Of a stretch of 64,000 bases of DNA, positions 21,738-33,900 are shown piece after piece (position 1 is the stretch's first letter; each line of letters begins with the position of its first letter). This stretch comes from Scyliorhinus canicula (Eukaryota): NCBI RefSeq assembly GCF_902713615.1, contig NC_052158.1, positions 43,239,159 to 43,303,158 on the forward strand, given 5' to 3'. A model generated the notes under the pieces. The model did not search any database and was not told the DNA's origin. It worked only from the letters and a program-made list of their open reading frames with translations. The translations under genes were made by a program, and so were the position numbers.

Positions 21738-23016
21738 AAAAGGCAGAGAAAGTGGGAAATATTTATACTGTGGAGTGAGAATGAAAGATGAGTCATAGCC
21801 ATAGAAACCCAGGGAAATGGGGTGCTAATGGTTACAGAAACCAAGGGAAAGAGTGCTAATGGCAGTCCCCTGAGAGAGAACAAAAGATGTGAAAGGTCAA
21901 ACAGCTGAGAAACTAACATCAGAGGGTAAACTGTGACAGATGTAGATGTGGGGAGAGGGGTAGGGGAAGCAAAGGGGACAAAAGGTAAGGAAAGGTGGAT
22001 AAGATGGGGGGGGTTAAATATATATTAAGAAAGACAAGAAGGAAAGAAATGGTAAAAGATAGTTAAAACGAAATGGGATGAAAACAAATGGGTCGAGTTG
22101 GGGGAGAGCTAATAATCTGAATTTGTTGAATTCGATGTTCAGGCTGGAAGGCGTTCAGGCGTGTTTAACCGGAAGATGAGATATTGTTCCTCCAGTTTTC
22201 ATTGAGCTTCACTGGAACATTGCAGCAGGCTATGGACAGACATGTGGGCATGGGAGCAGGGTCTTGTGTTAAAATGGCAAGCAACGGAAAGGTCAGGGTC
22301 CTGAATGCGCACAGACAGAAGGTGCTCAGCAAAGCGATCACCCAGTCTGCGTTTGGTCTCTCCGATATAGAGGAGACCACATTGGGAGCAGCGAATGCAG
22401 TATACCAAATTGGAAGAGATGCAAGTGAAATGCTGCTTAACCTCGAATGAGTGTTTTGGGCCTGGGATATTAAGCATGGAAAAGGTAAAGGGGCAGGTGT
22501 TACACATTCTTCGATTGGATGGGAAGGTGCCATGGGTGATGGGAGAGGCGTTGAGTTATGATGGAGAAGTGGACTAGATTGTCTCAGAGGGAATGGTCTC
22601 TGTGGAATGCTGACAGAGGAAGTGAAGGATGTGTTTAATGGTGGCATCACGCTGGAGTTGGCGAAAATGGCGGAGGATGATGCTTTGCATGCGAAGGCTG
22701 GTGGGGTGAAATGTGAGAACGAGGGGGACTCTATCGTTGTTCTGGGAGGGAGGGGGCGAGGGTAGTGGCGCGGGAGATGGACCGCACACTGTTGAGGGCC
22801 ATGTCCACAACTGTAGGTGGGAACTGACGGTTGAGGAAGAAGGAACACATTTTCAAAGCTAATTTTTGGAAAGTGGCATCATCGGCACAAATGTGAAGGA
22901 GCTGAGAGAAAGGATTCATCAGCTTCAGATGATTAGCTCTACCCCAACTCGACCTATTTGTTTTCACACTATTTCATTTTAACTGTCTTTTACCATTTCT
23001 TACTTTCTTGTCTTTA

Positions 23017-23342
23017 CATAGAACAGTACAGCACAGAACAGGCCCTTCGGCCCTCGATGTTGTGCCAAGCAATGATCACCCCACTTAAACCCACGTAACC
23101 CATATACCCGTAACCCAACAATCCCCCCATTAACCTTACACTACGGGCAATTTAGCATGGCCAATCCACCTAACCCGCACATCTTTGGACTGTGGGAGGA
23201 AACCGGAGCACCCGGAGGAAACCCACGCACACACGGGGAGGACGTGCAGACTCCACACAGACAGTGACCCAGCCGGGAATCGAACCTGGGACCCTGGAGC
23301 TGTGAAGCATTGATGCTAACCACCATGCTACCGTGAGGCCCC
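23017..23342 (-). mobile_element. tRNA-derived V-type SINE inside the PLE inverted arm
   Basis: Same family as 2945-3289. Confidence 0.92.
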
Positions 23343-23634
23343 TTAATATATATTTAACCCACACCCATCTTATCCACCTTTCTTTACCCTTTCTCTCCTT
23401 TGCTTCCCACTTCCCCTCCCCCCACATCTACATCTGTCACAGTTTACCCTCTGATGTTAGTTTCTCTGCTGTTTGGCCTTTCACACCATTTGTTCTCTCG
23501 TGGGACTGCCATTAGCACTCTTTCACCTTGGTATCTGTGGCCATTAGCACCGCATTTCCCTGGGTTTCTGTGGCTATGACTCATCTTTCATTCTCACTCC
23601 ACAGTATAAATATTTCCCACTTTCTCTGCTTTTT

Positions 23635-23674
23635 AGCTTTGATAAAGGGTCATCTGGACTCCAAACATTAGCTC
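23635..23674 (+). ncRNA. Degenerate U3-A8 hammerhead motif
   Basis: AGCT TTGATAA A GGGTC ATCTG GACTC CAAA CATT AGCTC. Confidence 0.45.
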
Positions 23675-23896
23675 TTTTCTCTCCCTACAGATGCTGCCAG
23701 ACCTGCTGAGATTTTCCAGCATTTTCTCTTTGGTTTCAGATTCCAGGATCTGCTGTAATTTGCTGTTTTACACACACAAGTACCTTTTCACTACAGAATA
23801 TTGGTATCAATACAAAGCTACAGCAGTTCATTTGCAAAGAAAACCAAACACTTTGGGCATGATCGAAATCTAACAGCAAAGTTTCTAAGTGTCATT

Positions 23897-24626
23897 TGTG
23901 ACGGGTTTTGCTGGGAGTTGGTGTAGTACTGAAAACAGGCTGATGAGACACATAGCTAGGAACAGAAATAGCTAAATGATGCCCTGGCAAGAACACTCAA
24001 GTCAGTGCATAAACTCGTTACCACGAAATGGACGTTATGATACCCACTCACATTTACACAAAAGAACAAGACCAAGCTATGAATATGTAACAAACTTCCA
24101 GACACAGATGATCAACTTTGCAGCAGGGTGAAGGACAGACAAAAGAAGCCACCAAACTCCATAATTAGCTGATGGCTGGTCAGACGAGGGTGTTTCACAG
24201 GACAATGGGTCTTGATTGAATCACCCTGGGCAAACAGGAGTATCCTGTTGGGGTCTGGACCAGTTGTGAGCATATACATATGCCTCAATGCTAGCAGACC
24301 AGTATATAGGAAAGAACATCAGAACAGATTCTGAGTGATAACCTGGGAGTCCCCCAGGCACACCATTGCAAGAAGAAGGGACTCTGGGTTTCGAAGCCCA
24401 GAGAAGCCATCCACATCGAGTGATCGTAGGCCAGCTCCTTCAATAAGTGCGGAAAAATCTAGAGCTCAGCTGTCAGTCTGAGTCATACTTTGTTGAGTGA
24501 AAGAATGGTGAATAAAATTGTGTTAAACCGTGAATCGGTTTTGTCCTTTGTTCATCGCTCAAATAAGGGAACCTGGGTAAAACTTTTGATTAATGAACTG
24601 AACGAAATATCTGAAATTTTACAACA
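23897..24626 (+). mobile_element. LTR-like element (730 bp), possibly the 5' LTR of an older outer retroelement
   Basis: TGT...ACA ends, TATATA at 24303, AATAAA at 24511; no TSD and no clear PBS. Confidence 0.5.
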
Positions 24627-24735
24627 AATCCTGGTTGGCATTTGATAAGAAGTAGCCTAGTTGCTCCAAAGTCAGACCCCTCAACCTTGCATTCTCCAAC
24701 ACTCCGTCTGAGCCTGAATTAAGAGCAGATGCTTA

Positions 24736-25086
24736 GGGCAGCAGGGTAGCATGGTGGTTAGCATAAATGCTTCACAGCTCCAGGGTCCCAGGTTCGATTC
24801 CCGGCTGGGTCACTGTCTGTGTGGAGTCTGCACGTCCTCCCCCTGTGTGCGTGGGTTTCCTCCGGGTGCTCCGGTTTCCTCCCACAGTCCAAAGATATGC
24901 GGGTTAGGTGGATTGGCCATGCTAAATTGCCCATAGTGTCCTAATAAAAAAGTAAGGTTAAGGGGGGGGGGGTTGTTGGGTTACGGGTATAGGGTGGATA
25001 TGTGGGTTTGAGTAGGGTGATCATGGCTCGGCACAACATTGAGGGCCGAAGGGCCTGTTCTGTGCTGTACTGTTCTATGTTCTATG
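24736..25086 (+). mobile_element. tRNA-derived V-type SINE (HE1-like)
   Basis: Near-identical to 2945-3289. Confidence 0.92.
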
Positions 25087-25352
25087 CTATGTGTTGACCA
25101 GTCTTAATTGAGTGAAGGACAGTACAGGTTTATGATAAATTGGGCCATAAACCAGGTGTCTGTAACAAGAGGTGAATGAACTACGTATTTTGAGCTAGGA
25201 TAGTCAAGGGAGTTGGGTAAAATCTGTGGGAGGAAATTTAGTGAAAGCCAGAACCCTACCAGAGACGATTCCCACACACCCGTGACAAACTCAGGGAGAG
25301 AGAATCAGAAAAGAGTAGAGAAATGGCAGAGTGCCCAGAGTGAGAAGTGATC

Positions 25353-25745
25353 TGTTGGATATAGCAATTATAGAGGGGGGTCCTTAAAATTTTTTAGCTA
25401 AAATGATTCCTGAATTACTGAATTTGTAGAAATAATTTGAGTAAGTTATAATTAGGAATACTGTCTATGGCTGTATCAAATGTTACAAATAATGGACTGC
25501 AAGTTCTGACTTGATCTGATATGAAGGTACATTCAACAAGATTGAAACAATATATATACCTGAGACCAAACGTGATATAGGGTGTTTGAACGTGGGGCAG
25601 AAGTCATGAGACACTTCGAGAGACATGGAGAAAACATTTTGCACTTAATTTTGTGTGAATGTACCAAAATGTGTTTTTAAGAAATGAAAACTTTGCTTCC
25701 ATTCACTCGACTGGACTGACTCATCTATGAATGAGAAATAAGACA
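25353..25745 (+). repeat. ERV 5' LTR
   Basis: TGTTGG...AAGACA; homologous to 57615-57976. Confidence 0.9.
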
Positions 25746-25752
25746 AATTTTA

Positions 25753-25773
25753 TGGGCGAGCCACCAACAGGAG
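25753..25773 (+). promoter_or_regulatory. Primer-binding site, degenerate tRNA-Arg(ACG)-like
   Basis: TGGGCGAGCCACCAACAGGAG 7 nt after the LTR; resembles TGGCGAGCCAGCCAGGAG, the complement of the vertebrate tRNA-Arg(ACG) 3' end. Confidence 0.65.
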
Positions 25774-26049
25774 ATAAATTTCCGGACTACCAGACACGGA
25801 AGAACGGAGGCGAGGTAAGGTATCTGCAAATCTGTGACCGTGTAGAGTACAGTGCTCCCTTAAGTTTCCGTTACGATCCAAATGTGTCCAGTGTGATTGG
25901 AAAATGGGGAACTCTAGTATAACGCAGGGTCCAACAGAAATTTCTTTAGAAGACATATTTCAGACAGTGAAACTTTACATAGAGCAATGCCTTGATTTGC
26001 CCAAGGTCAGCAAGAACATTGAACAGACAATTTTAAAGATACATGATTC

Positions 26050-29000
26050 TAAGGGACAATTGGGGCTCATTCTGGGGTAGGTGGGACCTCTACAAACGGG
26101 ATGGTCTATACCTGGACCAGAGGGGTACTAATATCCTCGGGGGGAGGTTTGCTAATGCTCTTCAGGAGGGTTAAAACTAGTTCAGCAGGGGATTGGGAAC
26201 CTGAATTGTAGCTCCAGTACACAAGAAGCTGACAGTAGTGAGGTCATGAGTAAGGTTTCAAAGTTGCAGGAGTGTACCGGCAGGAAGGAAGGTGGTCTAA
26301 AGTGCGTCTACTTCAATGCCAGGAGCATCCGGAATAAGGTGGGTGAGCTTGCGGCATGGGTTAGTACCTGGGACTTCGATGTTGTGGCCATTTCGGAGAC
26401 ATGGATAGAGCAGGGCGAGGAATGGTTGTTGCAGGTGCCGGGGTTTAGATGTTTCAGTAAGTTCAGGGAAGGTGGTAAAAGAGGGGGAGGGGTGGCATTG
26501 TTAGTCAAGGACAGTATTACAGTGGCTGAGAGGACATTTGAGGAGGACTCGAATATTGAGGTAGTATGGGCTGAGTTAAGAAACAGGAAAGGAGAGGTCA
26601 CCCTGTTAGGGCTTTTCTATAGGCCTCCAAAAAGTTCCAGAGATGTAGAGGAAAGGATTGCAAAGATGATTCTGGATAGGAGCGAAAATAACAGGGTAGT
26701 TGTTATAGAACATAGAACATAGAACAGTACAGCACAGAACAGGCCCTTCGGCCCTCGATGTTGTGCCGAGCAATGATCACCCTACTCAAACCCCAAGTAT
26801 CCACCCTATACCCGTAACCCAACAACCCCCCCCCCCTTAACCTTACCCTTTTTAGGACTCTACGGGCAATTTAGCATGGCCAATCCACCTAACCCGCACA
26901 TCTTTGGACTGTGGGAGGAAACCGGAGCACCCGGAGGAAACCCACGCACACACGGGGAGGACGTGCAGACTCCGCACAGACAGTGACCCAGCCGGGAACC
27001 GAACCTGGGACCCTGGAGCTGTGAAGCATTTATGCTAACCACTATGCTACCGTGCTGCCCTTGGGGGACTTTAACTTTCCAAATATTGACTGGAAACACT
27101 ATAGTTCGAGTACTTTAGATGGATCCGTTTTTGTCCAATGTGTGCAGGAGGGTTTCCTGATGTAGTATGTAGATAGGCCAACAAGAGGCGAGGCCATTTT
27201 GGATTTGGTACTGGGTAATGAACCAGGACAGGTGTTAGATTTGGAGGTAGGTGAGCATTTTGGTGATAGTGACCACAATTCGATTACGTTTACTTTAGCG
27301 ATGGAAAGGGATAGATATAAACCGCAGGGCAAGAGTTATTGCTGGGGGAAAGGCAATTATGATGCGATGAGGCAAGACTTAGGATGCATCGCCTGGAGAG
27401 GAAAACTGCAGGGAACACAATGGAAATGTGGAGCATGTTCAAGGAACAGCTACTGCGTGTCCTTGATAAGTATGTACCTGTTAGGCAGGGAGGAAGTGGT
27501 CGAGTGAGGGAACCATGGGTTACTAAAGCAGTTGAATCACTTGTCAAGAGGAAGAAGGAGGCTTATGTGAAGATGAGACGTGATGGTTCAGTTGGGTCGC
27601 TTGAGAGTTACAAGTTAGCTAGGAAGGCTCTAAAGAGAGAGCTAAGAAGAGCCAAGCGAGGACATGAGAAGTCTTTGGCAGGTAGAATCAAGGATAACCC
27701 TAAAGCTTTCTATAGGTATGTCAGGAATAAAAGAATGACTAAGGTAAGAGTAGGGCCAGTCAAGGACAGTAGTGGGAAGTTGTGCGTAGAGTCCGAGGAG
27801 ATAGGAGAGGTGCTAAATGAGTATTTTTCGTCAGTATTCACACAGGAAAAAGACAAAGTTGTCGAGGAGAAAACTGAGATAGAGGCTACTAGACTAGAAG
27901 GGCTTGAGGTTCATAAGGAGGAGGTGTTAGCGATTCTGGAAAGTGTGAAAATAGATAAGTCCCCTGGGCCGTATGGGATTTATCCTAGGATTCTCTGGGA
28001 AGCTAGGGAGGAGATTGCTGAGCCTTTGGCTTTGATCTTTAAGTCAGCTTTGTCTACAGGAATAGTGCCAGAGGACTGGAGGATAGCAAATGTTGTCCCC
28101 TTGTACAAGAAGGGGAGTAGAGATAACCACGGTAACTATAGGCCAGTGAGCCTTACTTCTGTTGTGGGAAAAGTCTTAGAAAGGTTTATAAGAGATAGGA
28201 TGTATAATCATCTGGAAAGGAATAATTTGATTAGAGATAGTCAACATGGTTTTGTGAAGGGTAGGTCGTGCCTCACAAACCTCATTGAGTTCTTCGAGAA
28301 GGTGACCAAACAGGTGGATGAGGGTAAAGCAGTTGATGTGGTGTATATGGATTTCAGTAAAGCGTTTGATAAGGTTCCCCACGGTAGGCTATTGCAGAAA
28401 ATACGGAGGAATGGGATTGAGGATGATTTAGCAGTTTGTATCAGAAATTGGCTAGCTGATAGAAGACAAAGAGTGGTGGTTGATGGGAAATGCTCTGACT
28501 GGTGTCCAGTTACTAGTGGTGTGCCACAAGGATCTGTTTTGGGGCCGTTGCTGTTTGTCATTTTTATAAATGACCTGGAGGAGGGCGTAGAAGGATGGGT
28601 GAGTAAACTTGCGGATGACACTAAAGTCGGTGGAGTTGTGGACAGTGCAGAAGGATGTTACAAGTTACAGAGGGACATAGATAAGCTGCAGAGCTGGGTT
28701 GACAGGTGGCAAATGGAGTTTAATGCAGGAAAGTGTGTGGTGATTCATTTTGGAAGAAATAACAGAAAGGCAGAGTACTGGGCTAATGGTAAGATTCTTG
28801 GTAGTGTGGACGAGCAGAGAGATCTCGGTGTCCATGTCCATTGATCCCTGAAAGTTACCACCCAGATTGAGAGGGCTGGTAAGAAGGAGTACGGTGTGTT
28901 AGCTTTTATTGGTAGAGGAATTGAGTTTTGGAGCCATGAGTTCATATTGCATTTGTACAAAACTCTAGTGCGGCCGCATTTGGAGTATTGCGTGCAGTTC

Positions 29001-29493
29001 TGGTCGCCACATTATAGGAAGGATGTGGAAGCATTGGAAAGGGTACAGAGGAGATTTACAAGGATGTTGCCTGGTATGGAGGGAAGATCATATGAGGAAA
29101 GACTGAAGGACTTGAGGCTGTTTTCATTAGAGAGAAGAAGGCTAAGAGGTGACTTAATTGAGGCACACAAGATGATCAGAGGATTAGATAGGGTGGACAT
29201 TGAGAGCCTTTTTCCTCGGATGGTGATGTCCAGCACGAGGGGACATAGCTTTAAATTGAGGGGAGATAGGAAAGATGTCAGAGGTAGGTTCTTTCCTCAG
29301 AGAGTAGTAAGGGCGTGGAATGCCCTGCCTGCAACAGTAGTGGACTCGCCAACACTAAACACATTCAAATGGTCATTGGATAGGCATATGGACGATAAGG
29401 GAATAGTGTAGAGGGACTTTAGAGGGGTTTTACAGGACGGCGCAACATTGAGGGCCGAAGGGCCTGTACTGCGCTGTAATGTTCTATGTTCTA
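26050..29493 (+). mobile_element. CR1 LINE (5'-truncated; ORF1 esterase tail plus disabled ORF2) inserted in gag
   Basis: NWGSFWGRWDLYKRDGL ORF1 fragment, APE and RT motifs with stops/frameshifts, tail GAGGGCCGAAGGGCCTG...GTTCTA; short TTCTAA duplication at the junctions. Confidence 0.95.
26705..27060 (-). mobile_element. tRNA-derived V-type SINE inside the CR1 APE domain
   Basis: Same family as 2945-3289; splits NRVVV|MGDFNF. Confidence 0.92.
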
Positions 29494-30564
29494 ATGGTCT
29501 CCTAATGGTATTCAAACAGCTTGGCAACACATAAATAAAAAGAGAGATAAGGAGCAAATGAAATCATGTTTGATTATAAGAAGTCAGATTCGCAAACGGA
29601 ATGTAAACATTCCAAGTACGAATTATGACATGAGATTAAAAAACAGAAAGAACAGATGCGAGCAATTTGTGAAGAATTAAATACACATCGACCAAGGAGT
29701 GAGCATTTGGAGTTTTTAGAACAAGAGAATGCGCGATTTAAAAGTAAGATAGATAGTCTAAACCTTGTGAAAAATGGGCTACGATATGAAAAAAATGAAT
29801 TATTGGTGGAAAATGCTGGATTCAAACTAGAGATAGCTAACCTCTTGAATACGATTTGAGAGTTTAAAAATAGAACATAAATAGAATGTTTGAATGTAAG
29901 AGAACATCTTTGTGATAGTCACTTGCACAGAAACCACGCCACTACGTGTCAGTGGAATAACTGGACCGCCCCTGATTTTAAACATGATGTCTCAAGAAAG
30001 AAAAAAACAAACATGTCTACAAATCCCTTTTTAATGGAATCATTGGAGTCTGATGATTCTGAAGCAGAATTCAACAGGGAAATGTTTGAGGGACACAAAA
30101 GATCCAAGCTAAAAAAACAGAAACTTTTCGGCTAGCTCCCTTAAAGTCAAAGCAGTATAAAACTGGGACAGTAGAAGCAGTCACTGAAGAAGGAGACAGC
30201 TGGATAATTCGGGCCCAATATAAACAACGTATAGTCCATAAACCTGCTGACCCAGATAGGATTGACTGGTGGTCCAAAGAATTATCTCACCCAAAGAAGG
30301 GGTATGGCAATATGGGAGGGGCTGGAGAGATTGAGACAGATTTGCAATCTCCATCCATTCAAGTTCTGACTGTAATAACCCCCAAACAAGTAACCAACTT
30401 GTTAGAGAAGTCAAAACAGCATTAGGGGATGATGGACAATTAGAGCATGATGGATGGCTAGTAATCAAACAGTGGTTATTCAAATATAATCCACCGAGAA
30501 CTGATAGGACTAAAATTGGTGATTGTTGCCAAACCAAATCTGAGGATATTTGCGACTACGAACA

Positions 30565-30868
30565 TGTTGGGACCAACAATTCTATGGACACGTGCTTGTA
30601 GGATTAGAATAGCGGTTTTAATATACTCACAACAGACGCAGCCGGTTAGCCATTGAACTTTCAGTGAACTGGCCGGCTGACCATGTGGCACTGAGCTTTT
30701 ATAGCAGCTTGCGGGGGAGGAGTCCTGGGCAGAGCCAAGGGATAAGCCCCCATACAACTCGAGCATTCCCAGAGCTACTCCCCCTGGAGGACAGGTAGTG
30801 CAACTGCACTTACAATACAGACACATCTATATACAGATTATAATCCGGTGTGAATTACATTCACCACA
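30565..30868 (-). mobile_element. Solo LTR (304 bp) with 5-bp TSD, inserted in gag
   Basis: TG...CA ends; GAACA at 30560-30564 and 30869-30873. Confidence 0.85.
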
Positions 30869-30911
30869 GAACAGAGATTTACGAAGTGTGGACACAACAT
30901 TCAGGAATGGA

Positions 30912-33900
30912 CTTCCGGTGGCGGCAATGCGGAGCTAAACCGCATGTTCGGCAGCTCCCACTTCTATAGGACTTGTGGGCTCTTTTAAGGGCCCCAAACA
31001 GCGCTGATTCGATGATTCCCGGTGCGTAAAGGGGTCTGGAGCAATACCCCCCGGGATTTATGGTGCAGACCCGGAGTGGGGCGAGGAGAAAAGCGGCAGC
31101 AGCTCCCCTTGAAAAGCGGTGGAAGGTAGACAAAATGGCGGCCGGTGGAGCCCCCGAGGAGTGGAGGCAGTGGGCGGAGGAGCAGCAGGCGGCCTTTCTG
31201 CGCTACTTTACGGAGCTGAAAGTGGAGTTGCTGGACTCTCTGAAGGTTACAACAAGTAAGCTGCTGGAGACCCAGACAACCCAGGGTGCAGCGATACTCG
31301 AGTTGCAGCAGCAGGCCTCTGAGCGCGAGGAGGAGGTCTCGGCCCTTGTGGGGAAGGTGGAGATGCACGAGGCGCTCCACAAAAAGTGGCAGGATCGCTT
31401 GGTGGAGATGGAGTTTCAGTCAAGGAGGAAGAACTTGCGGATCCTGGGCCTTGCGGAGGGGCTGGAGGGGTCGGACCTGCTGGCCTATGTGGCCGTGATG
31501 CTGAATTCGCTGGTGGGGCCAGGATCTTTCCATCTGCCCCTGGAGCTGGAGGGGGCCCACAGAGTACTGGCCAGGAGGCCTAAGGCGAATGAACCCCCGC
31601 GGGCGGTGCTGGTGCGGTTCCATCAGTTCAGTGACCGGGGGTATGTGCTGCGATGGGCCAAGAAGGTGAGGAGCAGCAAGTGGGAGAATTTGGTAGTGCG
31701 TATCTACCAGGACTGGAGTGCGGAGGTGGCTAAGCGGAGAGCCAGGTTTAGCTCCACGGAAAGCAGGTGAAATTCGGCATGCGCGCTTGTGGGTCACCTA
31801 CAAGAACCGGCATCACTATTTTGAGTCCCTGGAGAAAGCATGGGCCTTTGTGCAGGCTGAAAAGCTGGACTCGAACTAGGGATTGGGGACTGTGGGGTGT
31901 TTTTTTGTATCACTGTTTATGCTGTTGCTGGCTATTCTGTTTGGTTTTTTTTTCCCGCTTTCGGATGATGTTGGTTATGGTTTTGTGTTATAAGGGGGGT
32001 GTTGGGGTCTGTGGTTGTTCTGTTTTTGTTTGTACGGGGGTGGTGGATGGGTTGGGACTGCTATTTGGGAGCTGCGTTGAGGGGGTGGGGTGGGGGAGTG
32101 GGAAAGCGCGGGCTTTCCTCTGCTGCAGGGGGGAGGGGCGACCCCATATCGGGAGGGGTCGGAGATAGGGTAGGAGCTGCCGGACTCAGCAGAAGTCAGC
32201 TGGCTCACGGGAGTACTATGGGGGGAGCATCGTGGCTAGGAGGGGTCCTAGCCTTGGGGGGGGGGGGGGGGGGGGGGGATACCGGGTTGCTGCTGGATTG
32301 GCCAGGGAGGAGCTGGTGCGGGTCGGGAGGGTCGGTGAGGTTCTATCGCCGTGGGAAACGGGCCGAGTGAGGGATGCTGGCCAGAGGCGAACAGTCGATG
32401 GCTATGGCTAGTCGGCGGGGGAGGGGGGCGGGGTGCCCCCTGATCCGGCTGATCACGTGGAACGTGCGGGGGTTGAATGGGCCGATGAAGTGGGACCGGG
32501 TGTTTTCGCATCTGAAGGGGTTGAAGGCGGACGTGGCCATGCTTCAGGAGACTCACCTGAAGGTGGCGGACCAGGTTCGTCTGAGGAAGGGGTGGGTGGG
32601 GCAAGTTTTCCATTCAGGGCTCGACGCAAAGAACCGAGGGTTGGCGATCCTGGTGGGGAAGAGGTTGGCATTTGAGGCGTCTGAGGTGGTGGCTGATAGT
32701 GGCGGCAGATATGTGATGGTGAGCGGTAAGCTGCAGGGGGAGAGGGTGGTGTTGATAAATGTGTATGCCCCCAATTGGGATGATGCTGGTTTCATGAGGC
32801 GTATGTTGGGCCGCATTCCTGACCTGGAGGTGGGGGGCCTGATCATGGAGGGGACTTCAATACGGTGCTGGATCCCGCACTGGATCGTTCTAGTTCTAGG
32901 ACAGGCATGTGGCCGGTGGCGGCCAAGGTGTTGAGGGGGTCTATGGACCAGATGGGAGGGGTGGATCCCTGGAGGTTTGGGAGGCCGAGGGCTCGGGAGT
33001 ACTCTTTTTTCTCCCACGTGCACAGGGTTTATTCCCGCATTGATTTTTTTGTCCTGAGTATGGGGCTGGTCCCGAGGGTGGAGGATGCCGAATATTCGGC
33101 TATACCAATTTCGGACCATGCTCCACATTGGGTGGATCTGGAGATGGGAGAGGTGCGGGACCAGCGCCCGCTTTGGCGTCTGGACATGGGGCTGGTGGCT
33201 GATGAGGTGTGCAGGAGGGTCCGGGGATGTATTGAGAGGTACCTCGAGGTCAATGATACTGGGGAAGTCCGGATGGGGATGGTGTGGGAGGATCTGAAGG
33301 CAGTGATTAGGGGGGAGCTGATCTCCATCCGAGCCCATAGGGAGAGGGGGGAGAGGAGGGAGAGGGAGAGACTGGTGGGGGAGCTGCTGAGTGTAGATAG
33401 GAGGTATGCGGAGGCCCCGGAGGAGGGACGGTTGGGGGAGCGGCGTAGCCTGCAGGCCAAGTTTGATTTATTGACCACCAGAAAGGTGGAGACACAGTGG
33501 AGGAAGGCGCAGGGAGCGGCCTACGAGTATGGAGAGAAGGCAAGCAGGATGCTGGCGCATCAGCTTCGCAAGCGGGACGTGGCTAGGGAGATTGGTGAAG
33601 TGAAGGATAGGGGTGGGAATGTGGTGCGACAGGGGGCAGGGGTCAATGGGGTCTTTAGGGACTTCTACAGGGAACTGTACCGGTCGGAGGCGCTGGTGGT
33701 GGAGGGGGGGAATGGAGAGCTTTTTGGACAGGCTGCGATTTCCAAGGGTGCAGGAGGAGCAGGTGGAGGGACTGGGGGCGCCAATCGAGTTGGAGGAGCT
33801 GGTTTGAGGGACTGGCCACATGCAGTCGGGGAAGGCGCCGGGACCGGATGGGTTCCCGGTTGAATTTTATATAAAATACGCGGACCTGTTGGGCCCCCTG

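Larger units (their letters stand above)
21667..23768 (-). mobile_element. Degraded Penelope-like element (family B) with an inverted copy of its 3' pseudo-LTR; 13-bp TSD
   Basis: GIY-YIG remnant (LVYCIRCSQCGLLYIGETKRRLGDRFAEH, 22199-22507). 22965-23710 (minus a SINE) is an inverted copy of about 21667-22075. TACACACACAAGT at 21654-21666 and 23769-23781. Confidence 0.9.
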
